Under the pieces are notes generated by a model. That model was not told the origin of the DNA, did not search any database, and saw only the letters and a program-made list of their open reading frames with translations. Made by a program: the position numbers and the translations under genes. A stretch of 63,229 nt of DNA, the filler included, from Planctomycetota bacterium (GTDB lineage: Bacteria > Planctomycetota > Planctomycetia > JALXBF01): the NCBI GenBank assembly GCA_026991575.1. It is 6 parts of 6 records of this genome, joined end to end, with 100 filler letters (N's around TTAATTAATTAA, not from the genome) between each part and the next. Parts side by side here need not be neighbours in the genome. Positions count along the whole stretch, not along the records: positions 49,162 to 60,627 come from JALXBF010000014.1; positions 60,728 to 63,229 come from JALXBF010000015.1; 4 more parts are not named here. The stretch is one strand, 5' to 3'. This document shows, in pieces, positions 59,033-63,229 of this stretch. The first letter of the stretch is position 1. Each line of letters opens with the position of its first letter.

Positions 59033-60627
59033 ATGAGCGACGCGCCAACCGCATGGACTCTCGAGGAACGCGACCGCATTGCGATCCTGACACTGGATGT
59101 TCCCGGCGAGCGGGTCAACACACTCAATGCAGCGCGCATCGAAGAGCTGGCCGTACACCTGGACCGACTTGCACGGCGCAACGACCTGCGCGGTCTGCTG
59201 GTGGTCAGCGGCAAGCCGAACAACTTCATCGCGGGCGTGGACCTGAAGGAGGTCCAGCAGCTCTTCCGCTCACCTGATCCGCAGAAGGCCGATCGACTGA
59301 CGGCTCGCGGCCAGGAGGTGTTCAACCGATTCGCGACGCTGCCGTTCCCGTCGGTTGCCGTCATTCACGGCGCGGCCGTCGGTGGAGGCCTGGAGCTAGC
59401 GCTGGCATGCGACTACCGAATCTGCTCCTTGAACGGCGTCACGCAGCTGGGCCTGCCCGAGACCCAGATCGGCATCATCCCGGGCTGGGGTGGCACGCAG
59501 CGATTGCCGCGAGTGGCCGGCGTAAGCAAGGCGCTGGAGATGATCACTTCGGGCCAGTCGGTCGATGGTCGCACGGCTGCAGCGATCGGCCTGGTCTGGG
59601 ATGCCGTGCCCCAGGAGGGACTCATCGAGGAGGCCGAGCGCCTGCTGGAGATTGTCGCCGAGGACGAGCGGTGGCGTGCTCAGCGAGAGCGACTGGCCGG
59701 ACCGATCGGACTGACAGAGGATCAGCTACAGTTCATCGTGGCCGTTGCCGAAGGCATGCTCGCCCAGCGGGTCAACCGCCGGCACTACCCTGCCCCTTAC
59801 GTGGCCGTGGACGTGGTGCGGCGTACGGTGAACTTGCCGCTGGCCGAGGGGCTGGCCGTAGAACGCGAGGCGATTGTGCCGCTGTTGGGGAGCCCAGCGT
59901 CGCGCGAGCTGGTGCACGTGTTCTTCGCGACCCGGCGTGTGGAGAAGAACCCGGGTGGAGGCATCGCTGCGGTGGAAGGCAACAAGGTGGAGACGATCGC
60001 AGTCATCGGCGCCGGTGTCATGGGCTCGGCGATCACGTCCGTGATGGCACGACGTGGCTATCCGGTCATCCTGGTGGACCTCAACCGCGAGCTCCTGGAC
60101 CGCGCCATCGAACGGATCGATGCCATCTATCAGACGCTTCAGCAACGCGGTCGCCTGAGTAGCTCGGCCCGCACCCAGGCTCTGGGCCGCATCGCACCGA
60201 TGACCGATCTGGAAGCGGTTCGCGCGGCCGACTTCGTGCTCGAAGCAATCATCGAACGCGAAGAAGCCAAGAAGGATCTCTTCCGCAGACTCAGCGACAT
60301 CGTCCGGCCGGACTGCGTGCTGGCCAGCAACACGTCGACGATCTCCATCAGCCGACTGGCCGAAGCGGTGCGCCATCCGGAGCGGTTCGCCGGCATGCAC
60401 TTCTTCAACCCGGCGGAACGGATGCGGCTGGTTGAAGTCATCCGGGGCACGCAGTCCTCGCCGCAGGCTCTGGCCACCATTGCCCAACTGGCTCGAAGCC
60501 TGGGCAAGACCCCGGTGGTGGTCGGCGACTGCGCCGGCTTCCTCGTCAACCGCATCCTGGTGCCGTACATGCTCGAAGCCCTGATCCTGCTGGAAGAAGG
60601 CGTGCCGGCCGACCAGCTCGATCGTGT
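59033..60627 (+). CDS. Fatty-acid oxidation complex alpha subunit (enoyl-CoA hydratase/3-hydroxyacyl-CoA dehydrogenase), 3'-truncated
   Basis: FIAGVDL, GGGLELALAC, PGWGGTQRLPR, IGAGVMG, ASNTST and GMHFFNP motifs. Confidence 0.93.
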
Positions 60628-60727
60628 NNNNNNNNNNNNNNNNNNNNNNNNNNNNNNNNNNNNNNNNNNNNTTAATTAATTAANNNNNNNNNNNNNNNNN
60701 NNNNNNNNNNNNNNNNNNNNNNNNNNN
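60628..60727. other. Artificial contig spacer
   Basis: N block with TTAATTAATTAA. Confidence 0.99.
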
Positions 60728-61879
60728 AACGATACCGAGAACTTTGTGTTCCGGCCGAATACGATCTACATCCCGTTTGGCGAGCCGCCTGAGAAGTTCC
60801 TGATTCCGTTAAGCAAGCCGGCGGACCGCCAGAAGATCGAGCTGGTTGTCGACCAGGTGGAGGCGATTGATCCGGAGCGCCGCACGGTGGCGCTGAGGGG
60901 CCGTGAACTTGGCTACGATTTCCTGGTGATTGCCACTGGTGCGGACATGCGGCCGGAGGAGATTCCCGGGCTGAAAGAGCATGCCATCACCCCTTGGACG
61001 ATTGAAGACATGCTCCGGCTGCGCGACGCATTGCAGCAGACGGTGGAACGGGCCAAGGGTGGTGAGCGCCTGCGCTACGTGTTCGTGGTGCCGCCGAACA
61101 ATCGCTGCTCGGGGCCGCTTTATGAGCTGGTCTTCATGATCGATACGTGGCTTTCGCGGCAGGGTGTGCGGGACAAGGTCCATCTGGTCTGGACCACGAT
61201 GGAAGAAGGCTACATCCAGGCGTTCGGTCCGCGGCTGAATACGGTCGTTGAGGAGGAGTTCCGCGAGCGTGGCATTGAGGGGCACAAAGGCTGGGTGGTT
61301 GAGCGCATCGAGCCGGGTAGGGTTTACTATCGCAACGGTGAGAAGCTCGAGTTTGATTACTTGCTGAGCTTTCCGCCGTACGTGGCGGCGCGTCGCTACG
61401 AGCTGCTGCCAATCGATGAGCGTGGCTTCATCGAGGTGGAGCCGGACAGTCGCCGGGTGCGGGGCCGTGACCGGGAGTTTGCCGTGGGGGATACTGCCAA
61501 CTTCCCGATCAAGCAGGCGTTCCTTGCGCTGCTGCAAGCCGATGCGGCTGCTGACCATATCGCCGCGGAGATCGCGGGCAAGCAGGCGGAGGTAAAGTTT
61601 GAACCGATGAGCATGTGCGTCATGGAGGAGATGAACAAGGCAACGTTTGCTCAGGTGCCACTGCGCTACACGGGAGATCCGCTGAAGCCGGTGGCGGTGG
61701 ACGAGGAACATGAGCAGGATTATCGAGTGGGGGTTTCCCCGCTGTGGCGGCTGGGCAAGAAGGTGCTCGGTTTCTACTTGCCGTGGCGGTTCAGCCGTGG
61801 GGAGCCGTTCCATGCGGGCTTTGCCTGGGAGGCCATGGATCTGGGGCTAAAGGTGATGTCGAAGCTGCTTGCTAAGTGA
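60728..61879 (+). CDS. FAD-dependent oxidoreductase, sulfide:quinone oxidoreductase-like, 5'-truncated
   Basis: YDFLVIATG, RCSGPLYE, FAVGD and SMCVME (two candidate catalytic Cys). Confidence 0.78.
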   Translation, partial: NDTENFVFRPNTIYIPFGEPPEKFLIPLSKPADRQKIELVVDQVEAIDPERRTVALRGRELGYDFLVIATGADMRPEEIPGLKEHAITPWTIEDMLRLRDALQQTVERAKGGERLRYVFVVPPNNRCSGPLYELVFMIDTWLSRQGVRDKVHLVWTTMEEGYIQAFGPRLNTVVEEEFRERGIEGHKGWVVERIEPGRVYYRNGEKLEFDYLLSFPPYVAARRYELLPIDERGFIEVEPDSRRVRGRDREFAVGDTANFPIKQAFLALLQADAAADHIAAEIAGKQAEVKFEPMSMCVMEEMNKATFAQVPLRYTGDPLKPVAVDEEHEQDYRVGVSPLWRLGKKVLGFYLPWRFSRGEPFHAGFAWEAMDLGLKVMSKLLAK

Positions 61880-61905
61880 CGCCTCCCGCCATCCTGCCCG
61901 ACGAG

Positions 61906-61939
61906 CTCCCCGGGCCGGCGCCCCCGACGGCCCGGGGAG
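61906..61939. other. Intergenic 12-bp GC hairpin
   Basis: CTCCCCGGGCCG / CGGCCCGGGGAG perfect stem without a long U tract. Confidence 0.55.
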
Positions 61940-61977
61940 GAGTTTATCGGCTCAGAAACGCGGAGGAGCGGTAGACG

Positions 61978-63102
61978 ATGAAGCAGACAGTCCGCTGGCT
62001 GGCAAACCTGCTGCCGCCCGCAGCAGGACTCGTTGCGCTGGTCCTGGTTCTGATGGCCATGGCCGGCAAGTTCCACGAAAAGGTCCACCCCGGCCTCGTC
62101 CCGTACCAACGTGCCAAGGCTCCGACGGAGGCCGTTGCCGATGTGCTGGAGCAGGTTGTGGTGGAGACGGTGCCGGCCGTGGCCACCGTTCAGCCAAGGC
62201 AGCGCGTGGACGTGGCCAGCCGGATCTTGGCCACGATCACTGCCGTGCATGTCGACGCGGCTGACCGCGTCAAGAAGGGCCAGCTGTTGGTTGAACTGGA
62301 TGACCGCGAAGTGCAGGCCCAGCTCCGCGAGGCCGAAGCTGGCCTGGCGGCCGCTCAGGCTGACTATGATGTCCGCTTCCGTGACTTCCAGCGGGCCGAG
62401 CAGCTGCTCAAGGAGAAAGCGATTACCAAGGAAGAGTTCGATCGCGTCCGCGGTGCGTTCGAGATTGCCAAGGCCCAGCTTGAACGGGCTCGCCAGCAGC
62501 TGGAGCGCGTTCAGGTAGTGGCCAGCTACACTCAGATCCGCGCCCCCGCCGACGGCATCGTCTCGGACCGTTATGCCGATCCGGGTGACCTGGCGGTGCC
62601 CGGTAAACCGTTGCTTTCGCTGTACGACCCGCGCCAGCTCGAGCTGCATGCCAGCGTGCGTGAGGGCCTGGCGAACTTGCTGGAAGTTGGCCAGAAGCTG
62701 CAGGTACGTATCGATGCGGCCAAGCTCGAAACAACCGGCACAGTGCGGGAGATCGTGCCGGAGGCGGACATCGTCAGCCGAGCCGTGACGGTCAAAGTGC
62801 AACTGCCCACCGATAGCGCCACCAGGCTGTACCTGGGCATGTTCGGGCGCATCTTCATTCCTGTCGGCGAGCGTAAGGTGGCTGTGGTGCCTGCCGCGGC
62901 GATCCGATACGTCGGCCAGCTGGAGCTGGTTGACGTGGTGTTGGCGGACGGTTCGACCGAACGGCGTTTCGTTCGGGTTGGCCGTCGGCTGAACGGGACC
63001 GTTGAGATCCTCGCGGGGCTGCGTCCCGGTGAGCGGGTGTTGCTGCACCGTTCAGTCGATGGTTCGCGGGACGAGCAGGCAACGGCGGGACAGAGCGATT
63101 AG
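61978..63102 (+). CDS. RND efflux periplasmic adaptor (MFP)
   Basis: DRVKKGQLLVELD, helical hairpin, IRAPADGIV and EILAGLRPGERV. Confidence 0.93.
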   Translation: MKQTVRWLANLLPPAAGLVALVLVLMAMAGKFHEKVHPGLVPYQRAKAPTEAVADVLEQVVVETVPAVATVQPRQRVDVASRILATITAVHVDAADRVKKGQLLVELDDREVQAQLREAEAGLAAAQADYDVRFRDFQRAEQLLKEKAITKEEFDRVRGAFEIAKAQLERARQQLERVQVVASYTQIRAPADGIVSDRYADPGDLAVPGKPLLSLYDPRQLELHASVREGLANLLEVGQKLQVRIDAAKLETTGTVREIVPEADIVSRAVTVKVQLPTDSATRLYLGMFGRIFIPVGERKVAVVPAAAIRYVGQLELVDVVLADGSTERRFVRVGRRLNGTVEILAGLRPGERVLLHRSVDGSRDEQATAGQSD

Positions 63103-63121
63103 CGGGAGGGAGAAGCCGACG

Positions 63122-63229
63122 ATGACCGCGACACGCAGGGGCGGTACTCTGATCGACCGGATCGTCGCGACGTTCCTGAAAGGCAACTTTACCGTCCTCT
63201 TCATTCTCATCACCCTTGCCCTGGGTGCT
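63122..63229 (+). CDS. RND efflux permease, N-terminus (runs off window)
   Basis: GGAGG RBS; MTATRRGGTLIDRIVATFLKGNFTVLFILITLALGA directly after the MFP gene. Confidence 0.7.
   Translation, partial: MTATRRGGTLIDRIVATFLKGNFTVLFILITLALGA

Noticed and set aside
2701..60727. Recurrent TTAATTAATTAA motif within N runs (five copies)
   Set aside because: Artificial contig linker; ORFs ending in LIN and gene adjacencies across it are artefacts.
1..63229. Many long antisense or alternate-frame ORFs (e.g. 21458-22957, 61774-63048, 16025-17011, 60809-61813)
   Set aside because: They shadow well-supported genes; high GC depletes stop codons and they show no recognisable motifs.
1..63229. CRISPR array, tRNA or rRNA genes
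   Set aside because: No regularly spaced repeats, cloverleaf T-loop signatures or rRNA motifs found by eye.

Overview
GC-rich bacterial DNA, almost certainly a Planctomycetota genome or MAG (DUF1501, DUF1549/DUF1553, DUF1559, CRTAC1/ASPIC-UnbV, TPR-YggX fusion). The window is six contigs joined by artificial 100-nt N/TTAATTAATTAA spacers (1-2700, 2801-11815, 11916-20895, 20996-49061, 49162-60627, 60728-63229), so adjacency across spacers means nothing. It holds housekeeping genes (recN, rsmE, glnE, thiI, argJ, ccsA/resB, tmk, ribBA, ispD, fadJ-like), transporters, an IS701-like transposase, a protoglobin/Cys-rich MarR pair and an SQR-like oxidoreductase beside an RND pump. Best candidates for undescribed biology: (1) a two-gene, 11-kb locus encoding three copies of a ~1000-aa membrane-anchored beta-rich unit, with a pilin-like DUF1559 domain and an internal signal-peptide-like segment inside the 2650-aa protein; (2) in the gene-poor 17.0-19.9 kb gap, a consensus sigma54 promoter with candidate IHF/enhancer sites, a ~190-nt transcript and an intrinsic terminator (candidate sRNA), divergent from a sigma54-like promoter and a 57-aa basic ORF; (3) a ~200-nt rod-like structured element between convergent genes at ~28 kb. 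All family assignments come from reading motifs by eye; no searches were run.
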